Assembly (NCBI RefSeq): GCF_000150275.1
Contig: NW_002060958.1
Location: 752,272-816,271 of the forward strand
DNA from: Trichoplax adhaerens
Taxonomy: Eukaryota > Animalia > Placozoa
Reading direction: 5' to 3'
DNA length: 64,000 bases
Shown: piece by piece, positions 51,996 through 64,000 of the stretch
Numbering within the stretch: the stretch's first letter is position 1
Layout: every line of letters starts with the position of its first letter
Position numbers and translations under genes: made by a program
The notes under the pieces: model-generated
The model's database searches: none
What the model was told of the DNA's origin: nothing
What the model saw: only the letters and a program-made list of their open reading frames with translations

Positions 51996-54546
51996 GTACA
52001 CTTACGTTGGTAGATAATAACTATTATAGACATAGTTGTTCTCTTGAGCTAATATTTAACATCTCGCTTTATTTACAAAGAGCATCCACCTAGGTAAAAT
52101 ATTCATAATAATAAGGGAATCTAACGCCTAATAAGTTAAAACATAAGTAGAAGAGAGGATAGATGGTATCCTACGGCTCCACTATTCTAATTCTAATAAG
52201 TATACACAGAAGATATGTAAAATATGATAGTCTTGCCGGAGTTTTTAATCAAGATTCACTTTACCTAACATAGAAATTATTGGTTTAAAATACAGTCATC
52301 GAATATAAATTATAAATTCAATACTGATAGCTGTTATGTTGGAGAAATAATTTGAATCACTATTTCTAATATAGGTACCTACGAGGACACTAGTATCTTC
52401 CTTAATGGAGAATATTTTTAAAACTTCTGACTCTATTGTAGCAATATTTAGGATTGAATTCAATTTTTGTAATCATTCAATAAATTTCATACTACACCGA
52501 TTTTTGTAAATATAGAACTAATGTACTAACTGTTATTTCACGATTTTCGCCATATATTCCTATGTTACTGAGCCCGCATAATTAAGGCAAAATATGGTAC
52601 AATTTACTTAATAAGACAAATGTAGATGGCAGATACTGATATACTCTTTATAAAGAAATAGATTTTATCAGCTGAATAAAGCAAATAAAAAATTGCAGAC
52701 TTGAAGTAAAGTTATATTTATTAAGTATTCAACAACTTGATCTAATCTTTATATTGATGAGAATTTAAGACACTATACATCAATTTTCTATTCAATTTAC
52801 CCATGCATTTTAGAACTAGCATAATTTATAGAATTATTTTAAGATTTTGAATGTACATGCAATATTCTCTTATATAGTTTACTTGAACATCATTGTAACA
52901 AATATCTTACACATTTATATGATAACTTAAGCACGTATTTTATTTGATTCTAATTTATCTCATGGAATTTTATAATGGCAGATTTAGTTAGGAATTATCT
53001 GTAAGAAGTTTTACAATAATATTTATTCTTGTTGTCCTAGATACTAATTTTACGAAATAGACTAATATATTCAAAGTAGACAGAATACAAATAATTTGAA
53101 ATTTTATTTATTTAGCAAAGTAATTGCTAAGCATAAATAAATCATTAGAGCACATGGCATCAATTTGTTATAAAGGATACAATAACCTTTAAAAAGAAAT
53201 TCCATGGCATTATATATTCATTCATTGTTATAGGTTAAGAATTGAATCGCAATTTGGATATGATGATAAATAAAGCTAACGAAAGCTACTATTGTAGCTA
53301 CGATAAATCCTGTAATTTTAATTTATTAATGGATTAATATTTATTACGTCAGGAGATATATTTTCTTGGAGGTAAAGAGAATTTTTTAAACTGAATTCTA
53401 TGGACATAATCTTTAACGCCACTATCATATGATCAATTTTCCTTATTTATATTAGCATAATACTTTGCAACTGAAACAATAAATGCTGAAACAGTGTGTA
53501 TTTAATATTATTAGGAGGAACGATCTTATTAAACACCAAGATATCCTCTGAATTTATTGTTATAGTAAACAATATTATTTTTAAATATGTCTAGTATTAT
53601 TAGTACCTTCTGCATTGTTCTAAAGTAGCAAATTCTCAAGTAGTCATATTCTTTTCATGACCATATATTAACGATAAACCCATACGTAAATTACCCATAA
53701 TTATTTCTGTATAAAAATTTACTGAAATATTTTTAGTTCTTAAAAAGTAATTGTGGTCGCGATAACGTTAATCCTACATAGAAAGTTAACTGCACAAGAG
53801 CACCCGTTTGTTGCTTTAAATTTAAAAACTTCTATTTCAATTACTTCATCAATTCTTTATCATGATCATACAAGCCAATTAAAACTATGATAGCCAGAAG
53901 CGAATAAATTTTGCGATCTAAAACTGGGTAGAAAACAGACTGACAGAATAACGCTAATCATAATTGAAGTATTTCATACTCTTTTTAGTTCTTATTCCTC
54001 TCCCAATAAAACGATAAGTTTGCACGCATTGGAATATTTAAAGATGTCTGTATATTAACTAAGAATACAGGAATACGACTAGATGTAATGGGTTTACTCG
54101 TTAGATTTTGGAGCAACTGTAAGACACATCGTGGTGCGATTTTTAAAATTAAAAGTCTTAAAACAAACTTTCGTACCTATTTAAAATAAAATACAACATG
54201 ATGATATATACTTTCAAATTAGAATACTTCCGAATTTTAAAACTTATAACTATGGTTCAAAGAATAATTGATGGAAATAAAAGTTAGTTCAATTTATGTT
54301 CATTCATTGCTTGCCAGGCATATTTAAAATAAGGAAGGAAATAATTTTTATCCATTGTAAGGCTTACAAGTGCAAGACAGAAATTGAAAGAAAAGAGTAA
54401 AAATTAATCCGAAATTTTTAAACTATTGTTATTGCTACTAATACTATTTTGCAACGCAGTTGTTAAATAACTAAATGAAGTCTCAGTTTAAACATACTAA
54501 ATTAGAACAACTTTAATTTTAAATAATTACTATGATAAGAATTGCT

Positions 54547-55090
54547 CTAACAATATAGAAATTTAAAATTTTTAATATATTCACGGTTCATTAATTAATA
54601 ATTGCCCTTGTCATTAACATAATAATCATTTACTGTCCACCATAATACCAAAAGGAAATACTCCTATAAATATATATGCCATCCTTTTATGGTTTTGTTG
54701 ATTGAAACGGAACAATCATGTATTCTTATCGCTGTTGCAATATGGATGTCTATTTATTTTCAATTAATCGGTGCATGGCTATAGCACTGCACACAAATAC
54801 GAGGAAATAAAAATCTTGGCCTTTGCAATTCATTTCTTCTCCTGCGGTAAACATAATGTCTTAATATCACCAATTTTAAACTCCAGGTAATCAAATCTAC
54901 GTAATTTCAGGACATAATCGCCTTCATTTATAATGCAAAAAGGAATTTAGAAGCAATTAAGATGGCATTTGAATTTCTAATTAATTACAAAATTAAAGCT
55001 TTATTAAAGTAGATGCTTTAAAATTGCAGCTAAAACGTAAAGGAGTTCTCTTAGACAATATGCATCATTAGCAAATATTAGTTCAAAAGA
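54547..55090 (-). pseudogene. Possible fossil class A GPCR remnant
   Basis: FANDAYC, LIASKFLFA, TLCLP, NHKRMAYIFIGVF, Y*LMNREYIKNFKFL (helix 8, 54547-54600). Confidence 0.4.
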
Positions 55091-56632
55091 ATGTTTTAAA
55101 TTGATAAATGGTAAAAATTAATATTCGATGCACCTGGCTAATCACCTTATTCTACTTGATTAGAAACATAACTCTAGTATTAACGTAGACTATGAAGTAT
55201 ACGAAATTAAAGTAATACAAGTATTTTCATTCTCACTAAATCGGTTAATCTGAAGGAGAAGATCACTGGATAAGAATCAGACTATTAATTTTGAATTGCT
55301 TAGAAATCTTCAATCAGTTCTCATTTAACTTATTATCATCTTTAATTTACCCAGAAGTGTAGCAACTACCAATCGCAGAGACTGAAAATTTTCAACATAC
55401 ATAGCTGGTGCGGTGCAACCTGCTCATTTCGCTGTATTTGATACTTCAGCAATCTTCATATATTTAGAAGAAAATTAAAGAAAATTTTTACATAGGACAA
55501 GCGATATTCCTCCTAGCTTTTGAGAACTTAATTCTACCAGTAAGGCAAGAAAAATTATCCTTTCCTTTCCGTTAAATGTACACATTGACGGAGACTTTAT
55601 ATGAAATTAATTAAATTTATCAAGAAACATCCTTTCTTGCACCGATAAATTTCTAGGGAGAATTTATAACTCACATACTGAAATTACAAATTTATGTGAG
55701 TATTGAAAATGGTGAACATTGTTTATGTTATGTACAAAGATTATTTAAATTTTTTACATTAATTTCAAGCCGTAGTCAATACTGAATACCTTTTAATAGG
55801 CCGGGAGAGAAATTTTAATGCAAAATGCAAAAGCTTTTCCTAATCTATATCATCTAATTGGAGACTAAAGGTAGGATTTAATAATATTCCTTCCATCCTT
55901 ATTACCTTGCTATGATAAGTAACATTGATAAAGAATTTTGCATAGATATGCAATTTAGACCCTGCAATACTACAGATACTGCTCTCAATAAATTTGAGTA
56001 TTAGTTTCACAAATACAATCTCTTATAAACAATTCTAAGAATCTCGCTTGGTGAGATGTTTAAGTATAATAATTTCAAGTTACCTAGGTATATTTAATTT
56101 TTAATCTGTTTCTACTCATAGAATGTGTTAAATATTAGCAGTTATCAATGTACAGCTCAAACATTTTATAATTTAAAACTATCTTTAAATCTATTGATGA
56201 TACTCGTATTATAAACATTTTCAATTAATATTTTTTTCATTACAGAAGGTTAGGGATAGCATACAATTTATTTTTTATTGTTATTCTTTGCAGAGAGAAT
56301 TTGGGCTAAATACAAGTTTGAATATCCAGCTATTCTCAGATCTCTGAATGATATTTAAGCAAGACTAAGTCAATCCTGGTCACCCTATCATATTTTTTTA
56401 CGTTATCAAATTTTATTGAAACTTTAATTTGTAAGCAAATAGAATATCTAGTTGGCAAAATATACGCATGCTTCAAGCTGTTAAAGATCAACATCTAGTA
56501 CTCTACTAATAAGGAATAGAGAAGAAAATTGTTCAAATTAATTCTTTATATAATAAACCAACACCGAATTCAACCAACACGAGCACTAATTTTACGCTGC
56601 AAATCGAACACGCACTTACGTAGTTATCTACA

Positions 56633-57706
56633 ATGAACTTTTACAATTATAATGCAAGCAATACAACTAGGCCCTTCGATCGCCATCAATTAGCCGCGAT
56701 TATTTCTATGCCAGTTATATTAACTAACTCGGCGCTGGTAATTACCATTTGCAGTAAGAGAAAATTAAGAACACCATCTAATGCTATTATTTGCAGTAGC
56801 TGCCTTGCATGTATGGTATTAGCAATTTTATTAACTTGCAATGCAATTGCATCTTTCTATGAGGACCAAATACAATCAACATTCTTGCTTTGCTTGCTAA
56901 ACAACGCTTCTGAGTTAACTAGCTCAGCAATTATAACATTTCATATCACTACAATCAGCCTAGAACGATTTTTTTCTGTCATCTATCCGTTCAAATATCA
57001 ACGTCATGCTACTCAACGTAACACAAGTTTATTAATAGTAGCATTGTGGTGTACACCAATTTTCATCATTTTTGGACCAGTAATTATTACATCATTATCT
57101 CTAAATGGTCATTGCAAAGATTGGTCAGAAATAGAAGCATTAAGGATTGTCTGTTATTTTGTTTTATTTCCTATAGTATTATTTTTACCGCCAGTTATGA
57201 CATTTATCGCTTATTCAGCTATGATATATAAAATTTTCGCCATGACCCGGAAAATTTGGTCACAAAGTAGTTTTATGTCGAATCAGCGACAAATTACTAA
57301 ATATCAATTAATGATGGTCCACAGGAAAGCCTTATTCCAAATGTTACTGTTATTAAGTATTTACAGCTTATCATTTTTCCCCTTTTTCACCTTTTATACT
57401 ATTTATATACAATCACAAGGGCAGTTATTTCGTACAACTACGTATATTTGTTACTTAATAGCAGTGGCCTACATTCTAATCCATCCTTTATTATCGATTC
57501 TATTTACTGCTCCCATTAAAGAAGAAATAAGAAAAAAATTTAAACAATTATGCTCTTCTGCATGTTTTAAACTTGGAGAAAAAACTGTCCGAACTCCGAT
57601 CTCAACGATTATCGATGAAGGATTTAAATCGGTTGGACACGAATACCAATTAGATATCAGGAAAATATCACCTAATCATTCATCGAATCAAATCATCTTA
57701 TTATAA
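56633..57706 (+). CDS. Intronless class A GPCR, member 8 (357 aa, E3.32 subtype)
   Basis: 7TM; SLERFFSVIYPFKY, HCKDW, KALFQM, IHPLLS, APIKEEI. Confidence 0.93.
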   Translation: MNFYNYNASNTTRPFDRHQLAAIISMPVILTNSALVITICSKRKLRTPSNAIICSSCLACMVLAILLTCNAIASFYEDQIQSTFLLCLLNNASELTSSAIITFHITTISLERFFSVIYPFKYQRHATQRNTSLLIVALWCTPIFIIFGPVIITSLSLNGHCKDWSEIEALRIVCYFVLFPIVLFLPPVMTFIAYSAMIYKIFAMTRKIWSQSSFMSNQRQITKYQLMMVHRKALFQMLLLLSIYSLSFFPFFTFYTIYIQSQGQLFRTTTYICYLIAVAYILIHPLLSILFTAPIKEEIRKKFKQLCSSACFKLGEKTVRTPISTIIDEGFKSVGHEYQLDIRKISPNHSSNQIILL

Positions 57707-58677
57707 AAATAGAAAATTAATGATCGATAAATTACAAGAAAAATGAAAAGTTCTTAATGTAAAACAGTTCAAGTAGAATTTAACCTATATAACGCTTTTT
57801 CATTATCAGTTTCTACCTGTAGCAGCAATAACTTTGAAAACTTTAATAAGTATTTCCTGAAAGTACCATTTAGACGTGAATATTTATCATATCGAACACA
57901 ATAAAATGGTACAGCATGTGTTAACCTTATGTTGATTTATTTCTTCCTGTAGTTAATAAGGGAAATTGATTCTCAGAGCAAATAGGATCGAAAGATAGCC
58001 TAATCGTTGCTATAAAACATACAAACTGCTATTTCACAATCCTCTATGTTACTTTCAAATTGAGATAATGGTTTTATTACTTGTTATTCTATCTAGCTCT
58101 ATACTTCAACTAACAGTGGTCATTTTCATGATTTTCGATGATTTTAGTATCCTTATTTGCAGATTTACTCTCTGATCTGTTGCAGGTAGTTAAATAAGGC
58201 TTTACGACAGTGCTAGCATTAAAGGCAATCTGATATTTACTACGGTCTTAAAATAGAACATAGCGATAGTGAACGAAATGACCATTCATAACTTGCATCT
58301 ATACAGCCATTTAAACAATTGCATTGAATTTACTGCTATTAGAATCTGATTAATCGATTAGAATGATAACTAACTTAAAATTTGACGTTGCTTTAACGAT
58401 TCGCAGTCACAATAAATACAACTTTCTCATTTAAAATAAGTTGATAGATACTGTAAACATAATTCAAGAATCAATTCGATTCCAGAAGTACCTCTTGGTT
58501 TAAAATCACGCCAGGCAACATTTTTCTCTCAATGCAAACAAAAAACGTCCATCAAATTCTACTTGAAGATCTAAATTTATATTTTTATTTGTATTTAGGC
58601 TTTTCAGCCCAAACTAAGAGATATACAGCCCTATTTTTACAACTTAATAAGGTGCCACAAAATGACATTTAATCTGC

Positions 58678-59227
58678 TGTGATATATACCAATCATGAGA
58701 TTCCAAATTTTAGAAAAATAAGGGCTTTATTCAATCTTATACAAAGATTGACTACACACAGCTCTACTCTAGCCGAATACTACTACTAAAGACTTCTACA
58801 ACGAACTAACAGAATAATCTAAAGTTGCATGCTTTTATACTTTTCGTAGCATTTGCAGCTACAATCCGCATGGCAACCTTTTACCTTATATTACATAGTT
58901 AAATTATTCTTAGTAAGACTATTCTACTGCAGACCATCATTAATCCAATATGGATACGACTACAGTACTTACGTAGACATTATTCACACCAGCCAAAGTA
59001 CAATGAATTAACCATATCCTAATATATGATTTACAGTTCTATTTTTACCTACAGCCATATTAGTAACTCAACAGCTTACTGTATATAGTCATCTGTACTC
59101 TAGCATAGAGTCTCTACCACTACAGTCTATAGTTACAGCTACCAAATATCTCTTAGGATAAATATCTAACCCATATTATACTAAATATGGCTAACAGTCT
59201 ACAATCACAATACTAAGTTACATTACA
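58678..59227 (-). mobile_element. Solo-LTR-like element, family E (550 bp)
   Basis: TGTGAT...ATTACA; perfect TSD TCTGC. Confidence 0.88.
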
Positions 59228-59350
59228 TCTGCTCTTTTCTCTAGAGCTTTATAATACGCCGCTTTCAATCGTACTTATTTCATGTCTACATTTACTTAGT
59301 AGCGTTGTATTGAAGTTTAATTATTCTTTAACCTGATATAATTTACCAGT

Positions 59351-59809
59351 TGTAAAGAAGTGGCTTAGTGTTCGCTAGCCTTGCATCTTGCAAATGAAAG
59401 AGCGCATGCGGGCTATGGCTTTTATAGTTGTTTATGTAATAGAGTTAATATGGTCTTATATTTACACCTTTATTAAATTTAGTGTTGTTTATAAAGCGAG
59501 ACTTTAATTATGATGAATAAGTACTCATATTAAGATAAGATAAACAAGTTGACTTCGGATACTATAGTAAAGCGTATAGATTTCTTTGCTATATAGAAAC
59601 CATATTCTAGAATTATGATCTGTTACGATTGTTATTGTTTACGATCCTCGCGATGTAAACAAGTAGAGTATAAAAGATAATTCTCTAGTTTCTAAAGCTA
59701 GTCCTGAATCCGGAGATCTATAGCATTGTATACAATCTCTTTCTCAGTATAGACACTAATAAACGATATTTCTAAAATCCTCTACCGAAACCGAATAACT
59801 TCGTTTACA
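59351..59809 (+). mobile_element. Solo-LTR-like element, family I (single copy here)
   Basis: TGTAAA...TTTACA; perfect TSD CCAGT; GTATAAAAG near 59668, AATAAA near 59758. Confidence 0.8.
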
Positions 59810-61409
59810 CCAGTACTGCATATTATCGTGGTATAGTTCCAAAGTAGCTTAAGAATAAAGGTATATTAATAATTTGGTAACTGAAATAATTTCTGTAGTA
59901 GAAAGAAAATTCTTGATACTATTTTTGAGGCGCTTCATTAGAGCTGAGAGTACATCGCCAATGCGATTAATCTCTTATGTCATATAAAAATTTTAGCATC
60001 AGCCATGGTCTCCTTTATCTTTCATTACAGTTACTAAATGAAAATTCAGTGCTATCCTAATCAACACTGCGTTATGTTCCTGCAGTAATACCTTCTTATA
60101 TTTTCTTTTTTGCCAGTACAATTTATAACTGGGAAAATAAAAGCTTTAACAAGAATTTTAGACAAATCGAAGAAGATTCTAAACATTAATGATCCTAATA
60201 TCACCACAAGGTTACGGTAAACTACTGTATATATCACTCTTAAGCAAAGCCTAACCTTAACACTTTTGCAAAATTCGTCACTTTATATGGCAACCACTAA
60301 GGAATTTATTATCATTACAAATGTAGATAACATTACAAAATTGTGCAATTATCTACAATAAAGCCTAAACCATGATAGAAAACAACGGTATTATTAAGAA
60401 ATAACAAATAATGTCACCCATCAAAAATAGGATAAATACCTATCAAACGAAAGTCGCTTTCCGACACTTGTATAAATGTTATCACCGATAATACTTAACC
60501 CATCAATACAGGATTGATGCTGATTTCATTCTTACTTAAAATTATCTTGATATTCTAAATGAATTATTTATTTAAGTTTGCGATAAGTTAATTCACTACA
60601 TCCTTATAGCTTAATACCTTCAATACCACGTGAGGCTGATAAACTAATGTATTTGATATCAGATAATATTGTTAAATTTTGTTTCTCATTTAAATAACAG
60701 ATGGAGATGTAACATATAGATACAGACGTCTCTTTCAATAGAACAAGTTCAAAGCTCGGTTTTATTTCATGAACATTTTAAAATTTATCTTACGAGACAG
60801 CTATAATATTTAAAGGAAACCTACATACTACGAGCAAAATTCTTTCGCTTCTTTCGTAACTAAATACATTTTTATACATGCTAGCTAGTGCAAGTTAAAA
60901 TGAATTGTTAATAAGAATAATTCTAAGGGAAGCTTATTCAAAGTTCCATACGTCCTCTGTCAAGATATCTATTAATCACTGTGGCCTACTAGAATATCTA
61001 GATTTTTCACTGATAAAGAATTCTTCCTACTAATTTTTTAAATCTATTTTAATCTTCAAATGAGCAAATATTTCAAATTAAATATAGAAAAGAAACCTCT
61101 GAAGATATAATACGCTAGTATATTAGCCGCATTTAATCGATTAATATGAAAATTATTAACTGTTTTAGTCTCGCTATCTAGCCCTTAAGAAACAAGATAT
61201 CGGATATAAAAACAATACAACCATAAATGTTGCTGTATTTCAGTAATGATAGAAACTGTTTTTAACCTGATGGATGAAATAAATGAATCAAAGTAATGAG
61301 CATATCTTAATAATTATAGAGCAATGACAACTTGCTTCCATTTAATATCAATCCTATTATTGACTGTTATAACAAAGCTGTCATAATTAAAATAAAGGTC
61401 GTTGCTGTC

Positions 61410-61999
61410 TGTAGTGATGCGCCTACGTTTGATTATAAGGATAGCTATATTTGATATAGTTTGGTTACTTTGAATAGATATTATCGTGAAGCTAATATTA
61501 GACGATTGCTAACTACTATATTAGAAATTGTTAACGACTAATAGTAGCCAGTTGACTAATCATGGTATAAGATTTATGTTGCTAGAAACACTGTAGTCGT
61601 TAAGATGCCCTTCAAAGGAAGGGCTTAGACGTTAATAGAGGAGAGATAGAGAAGAGGTCTTCTCTATCTGAGGAGTAGTGACATCTTAACTAGAATGATT
61701 TAGATTGTAGAAAATATTGATGTACTATTAGAGAAAAGTGGTTTGTTTGATGACTCATATCTGATTGTAGATTTATCAAGTTGTCATAAATGGATTTAAC
61801 TAAATGTATATAAGAACTGCAAAGATGAGCTCAAAAGGAGAAGAGACTTCACTTCGCTTTAAGCTAGGAATACTTTAGATTTCAGACTAGATTCTAGTAG
61901 CAATTAATTATTGCTCTACTATTCCTAAAACCCTGTAATAAAAACTTTTTAGAAAATACCATTTAACTAAGATAATTAATGTGAGACGCATTTACTACA
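61410..61999 (+). mobile_element. Solo-LTR-like element, family G
   Basis: TGTAGT...ACTACA; TSD CTGTC/CTTTC; TATATAAG and AATAAA present. Confidence 0.78.
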
Positions 62000-63657
62000 C
62001 TTTCATCACTGAATGAAATAATTTTCGTCAAACCTGATGATTTTTAATTGATAAAAAATTTCCATGACCACCCACGCATGGTTTATTTGCTTAATAATTT
62101 TTACTTCAGCGATATATTGATGGCGAATGTGTCTCTAGATGGAATAACCGAAAATATTTCGTCATTATTGCAAATCTAAAACTAGTCATTAAGCTAAAGA
62201 AGCATCTCTAAGTATTCATAACCTACTTATTTATATTCCCGGGCTAAATTTAGCTCATTGATTTCTAAAAATATACTTTCGATTTAAAATAAGAATTAGA
62301 GAGTCATTTTATCTATGAAAATATCTTATTAGTAATTAATGTGTGTTTAACTGAAGACTAGAACTTTCAAAATAATATTAATTTTTAGTTATTTTTATAT
62401 TTCTAATTATAATTTCTTAGTTTATCAATGCATGCCAACTTAATACGTGGTATTTATATCACCGTAACAAAATCTATTCTTCTAACTCTACTTAACGTGT
62501 AGACTGTAGATCTCCATTATAAATTCATATTTGTAATAAAAAACGTTAAGCTATTTGTTATAATTTTTTTTTGTTTAAATGCACCTCGCAGGTATGTGCT
62601 TAGAAATGGTATGTTTAATGGAGCTAATAGTATTTGATTTCAAGTAAGCGACTGTTCATTACCAGGCTGTATCTATACCCGTAAATTTCTTTCATAGAGT
62701 TGCAATACTATTACAGAAAACTAAGACTACGAGCCTACTATCAAGCTTGTCCTATTCATATTAACCTACAGTACGATTCTAATTTCTAACGATCTCCTAC
62801 TGCTAGGAACAGTAAGTACACTAGTCTCTCTTGAAAAAATCTGAACCTTAAATTTATTGAAAAATCAATTAATTTACAGTGAATATCAACATTAATTATT
62901 AGTCGATAAATAATATTTTACAACTATGAAGCTATCTATTTTTTCCGGAACTCTGCTCGTCATTTTATTTTTAGAATTAAGTAGCAATTAGAGAATAAGT
63001 GATCAAAAATGAAAATCATTAATGATCGTTATGTGTCTGACTTTTAGTATGCAACTACCACTAATTGTTAGATAGTTATTATTATTTATATATGACTTTG
63101 TTAATATTGATTAATATCGGTGCATCTACGTAATATTAGAATATTTATATAAGAAATATTTATTAATTTTTATTCTCAGTTCACTGAAACTAGCATAGAG
63201 ACCACTGGTACTAACGTACATCATTTATAGTCAATAAAAAAGTCTATAATCTATGTTCTGCTTTAGCTCATATTATTAGTCTGGGAAAAGTTAGTTTCCC
63301 TTACTGAGGATCCCCGAAGTAAGATGGTGATCACTTAGAACAGGAAGAGTAGCTAAACCCCAATTACGAAAGCTATTTGTGATACTATTAAAAATATGTA
63401 TAACATCATAGATATATTAATATCAACATATTCCTAAATAAGTTGTCTTATGGAAACTATGTTACCATTCCTTTGAAAAAGTTACTTGGAAACAATCACA
63501 CAAAGAACTATGTAACAACAGATTTTATTATTTATTCTCTAACGATTACTACATTATATAATAGTACAAGAAGATCTACCAGGCAAAGAAAAATTTCTTA
63601 GATCAGAAAATCTAAAAAAGAAAGGCTAACAGCAATAATATCAGAATATTTCGGACA

Positions 63658-63741
63658 ATTATTACTGATTATATTATTATTATACTGATTATATTATTAT
63701 AATTATTACTGATTATATTATTAATTATTACTGATTATATT
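63658..63741. repeat. AT-rich minisatellite (~4 units of (AATT)ATTACTGATTATATTATT)
   Basis: Directly visible; bracketed by ATATTTCGGACAATT / ATATTTCTGACAATT. Confidence 0.85.
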
Positions 63742-63857
63742 TCTGACAATTCTCATACAATACGTCAAATTAACTAAATGGTAGCACGTCTACAAACGCA
63801 AATCGATATGACACCATTCTCTAAATACCAAAAGAGAAAAAAATAAACACGAATGAC

Positions 63858-64000
63858 TGTCACGGCACGAACCACAGTGAAGAGTAAATTGCTAGATTTA
63901 GTGTTTAACATTTATATATGGAGATAACTAATAATGACTTACAGTAAGAACTGCGGTAGTTATTATTTTGTTACAGTAAATTATGCTGTATTGTAGCAAG
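63858..64000 (+). mobile_element. Solo-LTR-like element, family A (long subtype), cut by the window end
   Basis: Starts TGTCACGGCACGAACC; reverse complement of 360-498. Confidence 0.8.

Larger units (their letters stand above)
58500..60170 (+). pseudogene. Fossil class A GPCR remnant interrupted by two solo LTRs
   Basis: TPGNIFLS (58508), KRYTAL/IQPYFY, YNLP|VLHIIVV* reconstituted across the 59351-59809 insert, WSPL (60006), IYNWENKSFNKNFRQI (60121-60168). Confidence 0.62.

Noticed and set aside
9297-57706. Opsin identity, or a specific aminergic receptor gene symbol, for the cluster
   Set aside because: No Lys at 7.43 and no D3.32/W6.48/NPxxY; orthology cannot be assigned by eye

Overview
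AT-rich eukaryotic (animal) genomic DNA with two 50-N assembly gaps. The intronless GPCR array and base composition suggest a placozoan such as Trichoplax; this is an inference, not proven. The window has three layers. (1) A co-oriented (+ strand) tandem cluster of one divergent rhodopsin-like (class A) GPCR family: 5 intact single-exon ORFs, 1 copy with a single 2-bp frameshift, 1 MITE-disrupted pseudogene and 1 3' fragment. Wherever the helices survive, the canonical Na+-pocket and activation motifs are replaced: D2.50->A/G/C/N, S3.39->F/V/I, NPxxY->HPxx(S/V/I), DRY->ERF/ERC/QRC. Members split into E3.32 and Q3.32 subtypes. (2) About 26 TG...CA solo-LTR-like elements in about 9 families (~14 kb, ~22% of the window by hand tally). 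Eleven have perfect 5-bp TSDs and one nested element has a 4-bp TSD. Several families have terminal hairpins, and no gag/pol remnant was seen. (3) Roughly 9 heavily decayed fossil GPCR genes with canonical-type motifs on both strands, plus weaker candidates, hidden in the apparent intergenic DNA. Also present: a TA-TSD palindromic MITE, a candidate mini-Helentron and a minisatellite. All alignments and translations beyond the supplied ORF track were done by eye.
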